Positions 16,654 through 29,267 of a stretch of 64,000 nt of DNA are shown in pieces. The DNA is taken from contig JAQXJU010000065.1 in NCBI GenBank assembly GCA_029009115.1, forward strand, positions 11,336-75,335, read 5' to 3'. This DNA comes from Bacteroidales bacterium. GTDB lineage: Bacteria > Bacteroidota > Bacteroidia > Bacteroidales > UBA932. Position 1 is the stretch's first letter. Each line of letters opens with the position of its first letter. The notes under the pieces are model-generated. The model did not search any database. It worked only from the letters and a program-made list of their open reading frames with translations, and had not been told where the DNA came from. The translations under genes were made by a program, and so were the position numbers.

Positions 16654-19034
16654 GACTCAGGCTCTCTGAATCCGGCGAGGAAGGCCTTGATGTCCATTCT
16701 CTTCTTGCCGGCAATCTGAACGTCATCCAATGCGACTGCCCCATCGGCAGTCGCTATTGCCATATGGGACTTGCCGTCGGAAATCACCGTTCCGGGCTCG
16801 GCCTTGCCAAGGTCATAGCGGGCGTGAGCCTTGAATATCTTCAGCTGGGCGGGCTTTTCGCCGCTTCTTACCAGTTCGGTGAAGGCTGTGGGATAGGGGC
16901 TGAGTCCGCGGATGAGGTTCACTACCGAAGCGCTGCTGTCGTTCCAGTCGATGTGGCACAGGGCCTTGGTGAGTTTCGGAGCGGGCTTCAGTACCTCTGA
17001 ACCCTGAATGAAACTGCGCTGGACCCTGGTCTCGACGTTGTGCTGAATTATTCCCTCGACAGTTTCTACAACGAGATCCGAGCCCAGTTCCATAAGGGCG
17101 TCGTGCACGTCTCCGGCAGTGTCTTCGGGCTTTATCTTATACTCCTGACGAAGGATGATGCCGCCAGTATCGATGTCGTGGTCAATCATAAAGGTGGTGA
17201 CACCTGTGATTCTTTCCCCGTTGATGACTGCCCAGTTGATAGGGGCCGCGCCGCGGTACTGCGGCAGAAGGGCGGCGTGGAGGTTGAAGGTTCCCAGACG
17301 AGGCATGGCCCAAACCTCCTCAGGAAGCATCCTGAAGGCCACAACCACAAACAGGTCAGCCTTCCACGACTTGAGAGCCGATAGGAATTCGGGGTCCTTG
17401 AGCTTGACGGGTTGCAGGACAGGAATCCCGTGCTCCACGGCATAGCGCTTCACCGCACTTTCGTTCACTTTCAGTCCGCGTCCCGAGGGCTTGTCGGCAA
17501 CTGTCACCACTCCCACTACCTTGTATCCGGCCTTAATAAGCCTGTCAAGTGGAGCTACTGCAAATTCGGGGGTGCCCATATATACTATGCGTACAGGGCG
17601 GAAGATGCGCTTGACCTTTGAGACCAGGCGCCGGTACCAGCTCTTGAACTGGTCCGTATCAAAAATAGCTGAGTCGTTCACTGCTTTCCAGGTAAGAAAC
17701 AAACCTATTGGCGCGAGCACATAGGCCGAAATGAATGCCCCGGTCGAGGCGCTTACGGCCCCGTCTCTGGCAAGTTTGGTTCCGGAGATGTCCACCACCC
17801 AGTACAATACGAAGAAAAGTACCGAGATTATGGCACTGTAACCGAGGCCTCCCTTTCGGATAAGGGCTCCGAGAGGGGCGCCGATAAAGAACAGAAGCAG
17901 GCAGGCTAGAGCCTGGGCAAACTTCTTCAGGATTTCCACGTCGGTCCTGCGGAGATAGAAGAGGTATTCGTAAACGTCGTGGCTGCACGAAAGAAGGCTC
18001 GACGACATCCTCTCAGCGGCAAGCGAAGCCTCGGAGTAAGCCTCGATTTTCTTGTCCAGGTCTTTCCATTTGCAGAAGTCGGGCCTGTCGAAGTTGCGGC
18101 TGATTCCGCTGTGCACCGAAGTGTCGAGCTGGGCTCGCATAACAAACGATGAACCCTGGCCTATCTGCCTGTAGTGGAGGTCGCGCGCCTCGCCGGTCTT
18201 TCTGCGAAGAGAATCCTGTTCGTGGCGCAACTGGCTTATCTTCATCGACTTGATGGCATCGCCAAAACGTGAGGAGTCCGATTTCTCGAAGGCGTAGTTC
18301 TTCAGGGGAATCACCAGGTCCTGCCGGGAGAACTCCACCTTCTGCAGCTCGAGAGTGGTGTCGCGATACTTCTTGACATTGGTCTCCTGATAGTTGCAGC
18401 CGTTGAACAGCGAGAAGGTAAGATAGTCCTTGCTCTTTGAGATGCGAAGGGTTGCCGAATCCGCAAGGGTCAGCGAGGTGTTCCCCTTGCCGGAAGTATG
18501 GTCATAGACCATCACCCCGTACATCATTGCCGAATTGTCGTTCTGCGAATCGACCCTGAGGATGTATCCTTCGATGCCGTCGTAGAATGTTCCGGAAGGA
18601 ATCTTGATTTCTTCCTTTGTGCGCCCTATGTCGTCACGCAGGGTGTATATTTCGTTGTAGGCCTTGGGAACGAGGTTGTTGCCCGCATAGAAAGCTGCTA
18701 TGCTGATAACCACCGATGATATCATCAGAGGAGTCATTATCCTCGTCAGGGATATGCCTGCGGCCTTGATGGCCATCAGCTCCTTGTTCTCGCCCAGCGA
18801 ACCTACCGTCATCATCGATGCGAGCAGGGTTGCAAGAGGCAGGGCGAGGGGCAGGATGGTGCAGGTCCCCCACATCAGGAACTCGAGAATGACCTTCATA
18901 CTCAAACCCTTGCCGACGAGTTCGTCGATATAGAGCCAGAGGAATTGCATCATAAGTATGAATACAACCACCAGCAGGATCGCTACGAACGGTCCTATGA
19001 AAGATTTGAGTATGAACCTGTCGAGTCTCTTCAC
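16551..19034 (-). CDS. fmt: Single 827-aa ORF: LptF/LptG (YjgP/YjgQ)-family permease (about aa 1-485) read in frame into methionyl-tRNA formyltransferase (about aa 486-790 plus a roughly 35-aa tail)
   Basis: The N-terminus MKRLDRFILKSFIGPFVAILLVVVFILMMQFLWLYIDELVGKGL is LptF/G-like. The C-half IVYMGTPEFAVAPLDRL...FNLHAALLPQYRGAAPINWAVINGERITGVTTF is Fmt. No stop codon separates them. A candidate independent fmt start is the ATG at 17579, with a TATTTTTG box at 17660-17667 (minus strand). Confidence 0.8.
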   Translation of the reverse strand: MKRLDRFILKSFIGPFVAILLVVVFILMMQFLWLYIDELVGKGLSMKVILEFLMWGTCTILPLALPLATLLASMMTVGSLGENKELMAIKAAGISLTRIMTPLMISSVVISIAAFYAGNNLVPKAYNEIYTLRDDIGRTKEEIKIPSGTFYDGIEGYILRVDSQNDNSAMMYGVMVYDHTSGKGNTSLTLADSATLRISKSKDYLTFSLFNGCNYQETNVKKYRDTTLELQKVEFSRQDLVIPLKNYAFEKSDSSRFGDAIKSMKISQLRHEQDSLRRKTGEARDLHYRQIGQGSSFVMRAQLDTSVHSGISRNFDRPDFCKWKDLDKKIEAYSEASLAAERMSSSLLSCSHDVYEYLFYLRRTDVEILKKFAQALACLLLFFIGAPLGALIRKGGLGYSAIISVLFFVLYWVVDISGTKLARDGAVSASTGAFISAYVLAPIGLFLTWKAVNDSAIFDTDQFKSWYRRLVSKVKRIFRPVRIVYMGTPEFAVAPLDRLIKAGYKVVGVVTVADKPSGRGLKVNESAVKRYAVEHGIPVLQPVKLKDPEFLSALKSWKADLFVVVAFRMLPEEVWAMPRLGTFNLHAALLPQYRGAAPINWAVINGERITGVTTFMIDHDIDTGGIILRQEYKIKPEDTAGDVHDALMELGSDLVVETVEGIIQHNVETRVQRSFIQGSEVLKPAPKLTKALCHIDWNDSSASVVNLIRGLSPYPTAFTELVRSGEKPAQLKIFKAHARYDLGKAEPGTVISDGKSHMAIATADGAVALDDVQIAGKKRMDIKAFLAGFREPESYSCTKGSSLDCKSAPSATNTRGEGTSNDSPSRV

Positions 19035-19050
19035 TCCTTGGGTGCGATGC

Positions 19051-21687
<2,637 letters not shown>

Positions 21688-21710
21688 ACTTTTATTATAT
21701 TACAGAATCG

Positions 21711-21718
21711 CAAATGTA
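21711..21718 (-). promoter_or_regulatory. Candidate -7 promoter box (TACATTTG) for alaS
   Basis: The reverse strand reads CGTACATTTGCG, about 24 nt upstream of the alaS ATG. It matches TAnnTTTG. Confidence 0.4.
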
Positions 21719-21798
21719 CGGCTTTTTTTTGAGACTCCAATGCGCCGGCCAATATCCCCGGCAGGGATATTCTTCTTTAGATGATTTGTGATAATCAA

Positions 21799-22857
21799 AT
21801 GAAATTGAGTATATTTGCGGCTCAAGTGGCAAAAGGGGACAAATACAGACAGTACAAATACAATCCCGACACTCTCCTCTACGAGATTGTCGAGGTTCCC
21901 AAGTGGAGGGTACATGTCATCTGGGTGCTCAAGGCGCTCGGAGGCATTGCCCTGGCCTTTCTGTATTTCTGGATTTATACCACCGTCCTCGGGCTCGATA
22001 TGCCTAAAACAGCGATTCTCAAGCGCAAGAATGCCGAGTGGGTGGGCCGAATGGAAATTCTGAACCGCCAGCTTGACCTCTACGACGAGACCCTCCACGG
22101 AATAGAAGAGCGTGACGACCACGTGTACCGTTCGATGTTCGGTCTGAACGAGATTCCGGAGGATGTCAAGCAGGCCGGCTTCGGAGGGGTGAACCGCTAT
22201 TCCTACCTCGACGAACTTGGAGGTTCGCCCCTGCTCAAGTCCACCCTTGTGCGAATGGACGTAATGACCAAGCGTACCTATCTGCAGACCAAGGCTCTTG
22301 ATGAGGTGAATCTCATATCGAGAACTGCCGGAGATATGGTTTCCTGCGTACCTGCCGTGATTCCAATCAGGCCCCTTAAGGGTTCGTATCATATTTCGAG
22401 TACCTTCGGATATCGCCGCGACCCGGTGTACGGAGGCAGGCGTTTTCACGAAGGGATGGATTTTGCAGCCGATATCGGCACTCCCATTTATGTCACGGGC
22501 GACGGGGTGGTGGAGAGCGTGCGCCATCAGTTCTACGGCTACGGCAATGTCGTGGTTGTGGACCACGGCTTCGGATACAAGACCCGCTATGCCCATATGA
22601 ACAGCGTTGACGTGGGAGTAGGGATGAGGCTCAAGAGGGGAGACAAGATTGGCGAAGTGGGCAAGACAGGCAAGTCCACCGGGCCCCATCTTCACTATGA
22701 GGTAATCTACAAGGGCAAGCCAGTCAATCCCTATCATTATATGGATACGGGAATCTCACTCGAAGAATTCAGCGCGATGATTGACCGCGGCGATGCCTCG
22801 GCCAGTGCTCCGAAGAAGGTGCCTTCGAGTTCTGAACTGTTGCGACGCAGGAGGTAA
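21799..22857 (+). CDS. M23-family metallopeptidase (membrane-anchored)
   Basis: Motifs are HEGMDFAADIGTPIYVTGDGVV and GKSTGPHLHYEV, with an N-terminal TM segment. The start is uncertain: ATG at 21781 or 21799, or GTG at 21826. The last lies just after a TATATTTG box at 21810-21817. Confidence 0.85.
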   Translation: MKLSIFAAQVAKGDKYRQYKYNPDTLLYEIVEVPKWRVHVIWVLKALGGIALAFLYFWIYTTVLGLDMPKTAILKRKNAEWVGRMEILNRQLDLYDETLHGIEERDDHVYRSMFGLNEIPEDVKQAGFGGVNRYSYLDELGGSPLLKSTLVRMDVMTKRTYLQTKALDEVNLISRTAGDMVSCVPAVIPIRPLKGSYHISSTFGYRRDPVYGGRRFHEGMDFAADIGTPIYVTGDGVVESVRHQFYGYGNVVVVDHGFGYKTRYAHMNSVDVGVGMRLKRGDKIGEVGKTGKSTGPHLHYEVIYKGKPVNPYHYMDTGISLEEFSAMIDRGDASASAPKKVPSSSELLRRRR

Positions 22858-22860
22858 GTT

Positions 22861-23811
22861 ATGGGAAACGGATACGAATTCGACAAGATAAGCTTCCGCT
22901 TCCGGAAGGCCAGTGTCTCGGTATGGAAAATCTTGCTGAGCACCCTCAAATACATAGCCGTAACCTTTTCTCTGACGGTGGTGGCATATCTGATTATCAG
23001 CCTTTTCGTTTCGACAGACAGCCAGAGGCGACTTCGCCGCGAGAACAGGATGTACGAAAAGACCTATGCCCAGCTGCAGTCAAAGGAGCAGTTGCTCGGA
23101 GATGTGATTGCCGGCCTCCAGCTGAAGGATAACGAAATCTACGGGGCGGTATTCCACAGCGAGGCTCCGAATGTTGATCCTATCAGTTCTCTGGACTTTC
23201 TTTTCGCATCTGACACCATCCCCGACGGACAGATTACAAGATACACAAGGCTCAAGGCCTCCGAACTAGAGGCCAAGGTAGCCAGGGTTGATTCTGCCTT
23301 CGCGTCCATCTTCAGGACAGTGGCCTCCGAAGGCTTCGTGCCCCCTCCTATGACCCTCCCCCTGAAGGGAATCTCCTATCCCCAGGTAGGTGCATCTACC
23401 GGAATGAAACTCAATCCTTTCCTAAAGGCCAGGGTCCAGCACAACGGGATGGATTTCATAGTCCCCCAGGGTACTCCGGTATATGCCGCAGCCGACGGGG
23501 AGGTTGTAAGTGTCGTGCGCTCCAACAAGGGACAGGGAAACATTGTGGGCATCGCCCACGCGGGGGGATACCGCACGAACTATGCTCACCTTTCGTCAAT
23601 CTCGGTAAACAAGGGGCAGAAGGTTCGCAAGGGCAGCCGCATAGGTACGGTGGGAATGACCGGAAATGCCTTTGCTCCCCATCTGCATTACGAGGTGATG
23701 AGAGACACCGTCTATCTCGATCCGGTGGGATACCTTTTCGCATCGGCCGCACCGGACGAGTATTCGAATATGCTCTTTATGGCAGTGAATACAGAACAAT
23801 CTATGGATTAA
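22861..23811 (+). CDS. M23-family metallopeptidase (second paralogue)
   Basis: 316 aa with HNGMDFIVPQGTPVYAAADGEV, GNAFAPHLHYEV and an N-terminal TM segment. Confidence 0.88.
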   Translation: MGNGYEFDKISFRFRKASVSVWKILLSTLKYIAVTFSLTVVAYLIISLFVSTDSQRRLRRENRMYEKTYAQLQSKEQLLGDVIAGLQLKDNEIYGAVFHSEAPNVDPISSLDFLFASDTIPDGQITRYTRLKASELEAKVARVDSAFASIFRTVASEGFVPPPMTLPLKGISYPQVGASTGMKLNPFLKARVQHNGMDFIVPQGTPVYAAADGEVVSVVRSNKGQGNIVGIAHAGGYRTNYAHLSSISVNKGQKVRKGSRIGTVGMTGNAFAPHLHYEVMRDTVYLDPVGYLFASAAPDEYSNMLFMAVNTEQSMD

Positions 23812-23820
23812 CGACATACA

Positions 23821-24138
23821 ATGGAAAAGCTTTACTACACCATCGGCGAGGTCGCGGACATTATGAAAGTGTCCGTATCGCTTGTTCGCTTCTGGTCAAA
23901 CTCCTTCCCCTATTTCGCAAAAATCAAGCGCAATGCCAAGGGAAACCGCCTGTACAGGGTAGAAGACATTGCTGTGCTGAAGCAGATTCAGCACCTTGTA
24001 AAAGTCAAGGGAATGACCCTTGAAGGGGCCCAGGCCGAGCTTGCCCTCAACTCTTCTTCCGTTGACCGCAGGGTTCGCACCATAGAGTCCCTTAAGGAAA
24101 TAAGGAGGCAACTTGCCGAAATCCGCAATTTTTTATAA
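23821..24138 (+). CDS. MerR-family helix-turn-helix transcriptional regulator
   Basis: 105 aa. YYTIGEVADIMKVSVSLVRFWSNSF...RNAKGNRLYRVEDIAVLKQI is a MerR-type HTH. Confidence 0.8.
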   Translation: MEKLYYTIGEVADIMKVSVSLVRFWSNSFPYFAKIKRNAKGNRLYRVEDIAVLKQIQHLVKVKGMTLEGAQAELALNSSSVDRRVRTIESLKEIRRQLAEIRNFL

Positions 24139-24183
24139 TTTTGCAACCCTTTTTACGGATAACTCAGATAATTGCACAAATAT

Positions 24184-24999
24184 ATGGCTACCACCAAGAA
24201 AATCAAGAAAATCGAGACGCCGATAGACCAGAGGGAGACTTTCGTTTCCCTGCAGAAGAACTTTGCCGATTCGGACCTCTCGGTAGAGGAGAAGCTCAAG
24301 ACCCTTTACCAGCTCCAGCAGACTGACAACGCCATCGACAAGATTGTCCATCTGCGCGGAGAACTCCCCCAGGAGGTAACTGCGCTCGAGGAGGAGATTG
24401 CCTCGCTCCAGTCGAAGTATGCCCACGTCGAAGAACTCATCGACGGATACGAGAAGTCAATTGTCTCCAACAAGGAGCAGATCGTCGAGCTCGATGCTGA
24501 TATCGCCAAGTATCAGAAGCAACTTGAGAATATCGCCAACAGCCGTGAATACGACTCCATCAACAAAGAAGTCGAGAACCAGACCCTCCTGAGGCAGATT
24601 GCCGAGAAGCATATAGGCGAGGCCCGCTTCGCAATCGAAGAGAAAAAGGCTGACCTCGAAGACATCACCGCCCGCATCTCCATACGCAACGAGGACCTCG
24701 AGGCCAAAAAGGCCGAGCTCGACAGCATTATCGAGTCCACCTCCAAGGAAGAGGAAGTTCTTGTCCAGAAGAGGCAGGCCTGCGCCGAGAAGATCGACGA
24801 GCGCACGATGAGCGCATACAACCGCATCCGCGCATCGGTTTCGAATCATCTGGCAGTGGTGTCCATCTACAACGGCGACTCCTGCGGAGGATGTTTCAAC
24901 ACCATCACTCCCCAGCGCATCATCGACGTTGCTTCCAATCACAAACTGGTGATTTGCGAGCACTGCGGCCGAATTATCGTCAATCCCGACTTCGAGTAG
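24184..24999 (+). CDS. Coiled-coil protein with a C-terminal C4 zinc ribbon (COG1579/DUF164-like)
   Basis: ATG at 24184 (the track start at 24172 is TTG). It has a long heptad-like acidic region and a C-terminal CGGCFNTI...ICEHCGRI. Confidence 0.75.
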   Translation: MATTKKIKKIETPIDQRETFVSLQKNFADSDLSVEEKLKTLYQLQQTDNAIDKIVHLRGELPQEVTALEEEIASLQSKYAHVEELIDGYEKSIVSNKEQIVELDADIAKYQKQLENIANSREYDSINKEVENQTLLRQIAEKHIGEARFAIEEKKADLEDITARISIRNEDLEAKKAELDSIIESTSKEEEVLVQKRQACAEKIDERTMSAYNRIRASVSNHLAVVSIYNGDSCGGCFNTITPQRIIDVASNHKLVICEHCGRIIVNPDFE

Positions 25000-25009
25000 A
25001 GGACTTCAA

Positions 25010-26515
25010 ATGGCAGAAGGTAAATCCGGTTCTCGCAAAAAGCAGGACGTCAATCTGGACATCATTGGGCTTGAGATGGGCAACAAACCCCCTCAGGCTC
25101 TTGATGTAGAAGAGGCAGTCCTCGGAGCGATGATGCTCGAAGGTTCCTGTGTCGATCTGGTGATGGAAGAACTGAACTCAGCATGCTTCTATGACCCCAA
25201 GCACAGGATGGTTTTCGAGGCCATCGTCTCTCTTACAGCGGAGCACACTCCCGTAGATATCGTTACCGTCACCTCTATGCTCAGGCAGAAAGGCAATCTC
25301 GAGACGGTAGGCGGCGTGGTGGCTCTCGCATCGATGACCGAAAAGGTAGCCGCCGCCTCCAATATCGAAGTCTATGCCAAGCTCCTCAAGGAGAAGACTA
25401 TACAGCGAGACCTCATAAAGGCCTCATTCGACATTCTCAAGGACGCCTTTGACGAGTCGGTCAAGGTCGATGACCTCATCGACAAGGCTCAGTCCCGGGT
25501 TTACGATGCCATCCAGAGCAATGTACGCAAAGAGGTGCAGGATATCGGAAGCATCATCAATGCCGCGATGCAGGATATCCAGGAGCATCAGGACAAGACC
25601 GGACTCACCGGAGTTCCCTCGGGCTTCGTGTCTCTGGACAAGATTACTATGGGATGGCAGCCTTCCGACCTCATCATCCTTGCAGCGAGGCCTTCCGTCG
25701 GTAAGACGGCCTTTGCCCTGAACCTTGCCCGCAATGCCGCAGTTGACCATCACAAGCCGGTTGCGGTGTTCTCTCTGGAGATGTCGGCAGTGCAGCTCGT
25801 CAAGCGTATCATGACCTCGGAGTCCGGGCTCAGCGCCGACAAAATCAAGGGTGGCTCAAGGCTCGAAGATTACGAGTGGGAGCAACTCGAATACAAAATC
25901 AAGAACCTTTCCAAGGCTCCGCTGTACATCGACGACACCCCCGGTCTGCCGGTGATGGAATTCAGGACCAAGGCCAAGTCCCTGGTCAAGAACAAGGGTG
26001 TGAAGCTCATAATAGTTGACTACCTGCAGCTGATGCAGGCCCCGGGCGACTACAAGGGTATGCGAGAGCAGGAAGTTGCATTCATTTCCCGTACCCTCAA
26101 GGCTACCGCCAAGGAGCTCAACGTTCCCATCATAGCCCTTTCGCAGCTGTCCCGTGCCTCGGTGCAGAGGTCGGGTGCAACCGGAAAGCCCCAGCTGAGC
26201 GACCTGCGCGAATCCGGATCCATTGAGCAGGATGCCGATATGGTACTCTTCATCCACCGTCCCGACTATGTTGGAATGTCGGACAGTGAGGAAGACAAGG
26301 AAAAGACTCAGATTATCATAGCCAAGCACCGTAACGGTGAAACCTGCGACATAGATATGCGCTTCCGTGGCGAACAGGTGCGCTTTGTTGAGATCGACGA
26401 TTTGCGGGCGAATGAACTTCAGGGCCCCATTGCTTCAGCAATGAATGATGATACGGCCGTGAGCGACTCTCCCGCCTATGATGCTTATCAATTCCCCGAC
26501 AGCGACTTTAATTAA
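25010..26515 (+). CDS. dnaB: Replicative DNA helicase
   Basis: 501 aa with PQALDVEEAVLGAMMLE, Walker A ILAARPSVGKTAFALN, LIIVDYLQLM and SQLSRA. Confidence 0.95.
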   Translation: MAEGKSGSRKKQDVNLDIIGLEMGNKPPQALDVEEAVLGAMMLEGSCVDLVMEELNSACFYDPKHRMVFEAIVSLTAEHTPVDIVTVTSMLRQKGNLETVGGVVALASMTEKVAAASNIEVYAKLLKEKTIQRDLIKASFDILKDAFDESVKVDDLIDKAQSRVYDAIQSNVRKEVQDIGSIINAAMQDIQEHQDKTGLTGVPSGFVSLDKITMGWQPSDLIILAARPSVGKTAFALNLARNAAVDHHKPVAVFSLEMSAVQLVKRIMTSESGLSADKIKGGSRLEDYEWEQLEYKIKNLSKAPLYIDDTPGLPVMEFRTKAKSLVKNKGVKLIIVDYLQLMQAPGDYKGMREQEVAFISRTLKATAKELNVPIIALSQLSRASVQRSGATGKPQLSDLRESGSIEQDADMVLFIHRPDYVGMSDSEEDKEKTQIIIAKHRNGETCDIDMRFRGEQVRFVEIDDLRANELQGPIASAMNDDTAVSDSPAYDAYQFPDSDFN

Positions 26516-26523
26516 CAGAGGAA

Positions 26524-26946
26524 ATGGCAGCCAGAAAGAAAGACATATCCCACGATGGCAGGATTGTGGACCTGAATCCCGAGTTCACGACTGTGGAGAT
26601 TATCTCCCAGGCTGCCTGCGCATCTTGTCACGCCTCAGCCCTGTGCGGAATGTCGGAGTCGAAGAAGAAGATTGTTGAGGTCCCCACCACCCTTGGTGAC
26701 TGGTATCCCGGCCAGGAGGTTAAGGTGCTTCTCAAGCCCTCTATGGGCTTCAAGGCAGTGTGGATTGCCTATGTGATTCCTCTCGTGATTCTGCTCTCCG
26801 TGCTTCTGTCGATGATTGCCCTTGGCTTCAGCGAGCCCGTATCGGGCCTTGGAGGAATAGCGGCTGTCGGCCTTTACTATCTAGTAATCTGGCTGTTCAG
26901 GGACTCCCTCAGAAAAGAATATACATTTCATATAATAGCAAAATGA
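26524..26946 (+). CDS. RseC/MucC-family (SoxR-reducing system) protein preceding rnf
   Basis: 140 aa with a Cys-rich N-terminus (QAACASCHASALCG) and two C-terminal TM helices. This is the usual first gene of Bacteroidetes rnf operons. Confidence 0.75.
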   Translation: MAARKKDISHDGRIVDLNPEFTTVEIISQAACASCHASALCGMSESKKKIVEVPTTLGDWYPGQEVKVLLKPSMGFKAVWIAYVIPLVILLSVLLSMIALGFSEPVSGLGGIAAVGLYYLVIWLFRDSLRKEYTFHIIAK

Positions 26947-27836
26947 CAACGATTATCTGGACAATTGTGACTTTGGCCGCCCTCGGTCTGGTGCTCTCCG
27001 TCGTCCTCTTCTTCGTGGCGAAGAAGTTCAAGGTCGAGGAGGACCCCCGTATCGATGAGGTGGAGAAAGTGATGCCGGGTGCAAACTGCGGCGGATGCGG
27101 ATTCGCAGGCTGCCGTGCATTTGCCGACAGCGCCGTGAAGGCCAGTTCGCTCGATGGCATCTTCTGCCCTGTGGGCGGCAATGACGTGATGAAGAAAGTA
27201 GCCGGAATTCTCGGTTACGAGCTTAAGGAGAAGGCCCCCGAGGTCGCCGTTCTGCGTTGCAACGGCACTTGCTCGGCACGCCCCCGTGTCAACGATTATG
27301 ACGGAGCCGCCTCCTGCCGTGTTAAGGCTGCCCTCTACAGCGGAGACACTCTCTGTGCTTTCGGCTGCCTGGGTTGTGGAGACTGCGTTGCGGCCTGCCA
27401 GTTCGGAGCTATCTCAATGGACCCCGAAACAGGACTCCCCGTAGTTGACGAGGCCAAGTGCACCGCTTGCGGAGCCTGCGCCAAGGCCTGCCCCAGGAAA
27501 CTCATCGAGATTCGCCCCAAGGGTCCCCGCAGTATGCGCGTATATGTAGCCTGCAGCAACCGTGACAAGGGCCCTGCCGCAAAGAAGGCCTGCGCCAATG
27601 CCTGCATAGGTTGCGGAATCTGCGCCAAGACCTGCACACACGGAGCAGTCACAGTCGAGAACAACATCGCATATATTGATCCCACAAAGTGCAAGCTCTG
27701 CCGCGAGTGCGAGGCTATGTGCCCCACCGGAGCAATTCACGGGCTCAACTTCCCCAAGCCTCTTGACAAGGCAGCCGTGAAGGCCCGTATCGCAGAGCGT
27801 GCAAAAAAGGCAAAGGAGGCAGCAAATGAGCAGTAA
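26943..27836 (+). CDS. rnfB: Rnf electron-transport complex subunit B (ferredoxin-like)
   Basis: ATG at 26943 (ATGA overlap with the upstream stop). It has an N-terminal TM segment, CGGCGFAGC and several CxxCxxCxxxCP ferredoxin motifs. Confidence 0.9.
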   Translation: MTTIIWTIVTLAALGLVLSVVLFFVAKKFKVEEDPRIDEVEKVMPGANCGGCGFAGCRAFADSAVKASSLDGIFCPVGGNDVMKKVAGILGYELKEKAPEVAVLRCNGTCSARPRVNDYDGAASCRVKAALYSGDTLCAFGCLGCGDCVAACQFGAISMDPETGLPVVDEAKCTACGACAKACPRKLIEIRPKGPRSMRVYVACSNRDKGPAAKKACANACIGCGICAKTCTHGAVTVENNIAYIDPTKCKLCRECEAMCPTGAIHGLNFPKPLDKAAVKARIAERAKKAKEAANEQ

Positions 27837-29265
27837 GATTACATTTTCAATCGGCGGCGTCCATCCCGATGACGCCAAGCTGGCACGCGCCTGTGCGACA
27901 GAGGTCCTGCCTCTTCCCGAGGTTGTCTATGTTTCAATGGCCCAGCATCTTGGAGCTCCCGCCAAGCCCGTAGTGTCAGTCGGCGACTACGTCAAGGCAG
28001 GTCAGGTCATTGCGGAACCCGGAGGATTCATCTCGGCATTCGTCCATTCTCCCGTCAGCGGAACCGTAAAGTCCATTGCACCCCGCAAGGACCTTGCAGG
28101 CAACAGTGTGACCCACGTGGAGATAGCTGTAGAGGGTGATGAATGGGCCGAGGGCATAGACCTCAGCGACACTCTCGTAACCGAGATTCCCGAAGACCGC
28201 CAGTTCATACTCGACCGGGTAAAGAACAACGGTGTAGTCGGACTCGGAGGAGCCACCTTCCCTGCCCACGTCAAACTCAACCCCGCGCCCGGGAGCAAGG
28301 CCGAGTGCCTCATCCTCAACGGTGCAGAGTGCGAGCCTTATCTTACCAGTGACTACCGCATTATGGTAGAGCGCCCCAAAGAGATTGTCATAGGCGCTGC
28401 CATAATGCAGAAGGTTCTCGGAGGATGCCGTTGCGTTATCGGAATCGAAGAGAACAAGCCCGAGGCCATTAAGAGTATGAGCGAGGCTGTCGCTTCGCTG
28501 GGCTATCCCGATATCAGGGTGCAGGTTCTTAAGAAGCGCTATCCCCAGGGTGGAGAGAAGCAGCTCATCGATGCCGTGATGCACCGTCAGGTAGGTTCTG
28601 GAGCCCTTCCTATCAGCGTTGGTGCCGTTGTACAGAACGTCGCCACCTCACTGGCAGTTTATGAGGCCGTTCAGAAGAACAAGCCTTTGGTAACCAATAC
28701 CCTTACTATTACCGGCGACTGCCTGCCCGTTGAAAAGATGCACAACTATCTCTTCCGCATAGGTATGCCTCTGAGCTACATTGCCGAGGTTGCGGGTGGA
28801 GTGCCTCAGGATGCAGCCAAGATTATCAGCGGCGGTCCGATGATGGGACGTGCAATCAGCAATCTCGACGCATGCACTGTCAAGGGGTCGTCGTCTCTGT
28901 TGTACCTTTCCGAGTCCAGGACCCGTCGTAAGAGCGCGTCTGCCTGCATACGTTGCGGCCGCTGTTCCGATGCCTGTCCTATGGGTCTCGAACCTTTCCT
29001 TCTGAACAGGCTCTACAAGGCCGGAGATGTCGAAGGCCTCGAGCAGGCCTCTGCTCAAGACTGCATAGAGTGCGGATGCTGTCTGTACAGCTGCCCTGCA
29101 TACATCCCTCTGCTGGACTACGTCCGTCAGGCCAAGGGTATGGCCCTGGGTGCCATCCGCGCTCGTGCCGCTGCCGCCAAGGCCGCTGCAGAAGCCGCAA
29201 AAGCCGCCGCTCCGACACCCGCTCCGGCCGAAGCCGCCAAGAACAACGAAAAAATAAGTAAGTAG
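27826..29265 (+). CDS. rnfC: Rnf complex subunit C
   Basis: ATG at 27826 (MSSKITFSIGGVHPDD). Motifs are GLGGATFPAHVK, LNGAECEPYLTSD, CIRCGRCSDACP and CIECGCCLYSCP. Confidence 0.93.
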   Translation: MSSKITFSIGGVHPDDAKLARACATEVLPLPEVVYVSMAQHLGAPAKPVVSVGDYVKAGQVIAEPGGFISAFVHSPVSGTVKSIAPRKDLAGNSVTHVEIAVEGDEWAEGIDLSDTLVTEIPEDRQFILDRVKNNGVVGLGGATFPAHVKLNPAPGSKAECLILNGAECEPYLTSDYRIMVERPKEIVIGAAIMQKVLGGCRCVIGIEENKPEAIKSMSEAVASLGYPDIRVQVLKKRYPQGGEKQLIDAVMHRQVGSGALPISVGAVVQNVATSLAVYEAVQKNKPLVTNTLTITGDCLPVEKMHNYLFRIGMPLSYIAEVAGGVPQDAAKIISGGPMMGRAISNLDACTVKGSSSLLYLSESRTRRKSASACIRCGRCSDACPMGLEPFLLNRLYKAGDVEGLEQASAQDCIECGCCLYSCPAYIPLLDYVRQAKGMALGAIRARAAAAKAAAEAAKAAAPTPAPAEAAKNNEKISK

Positions 29266-29267
29266 AT

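Noticed and set aside
21781-23811. Two adjacent M23 peptidase genes as a possible novel toxin/immunity or lysis module.
   Set aside because: Both carry ordinary membrane-anchored M23 (LytM-type) catalytic motifs, and the genes lie among housekeeping genes (alaS, dnaB). I see no partner immunity-like small ORF or secretion gene.
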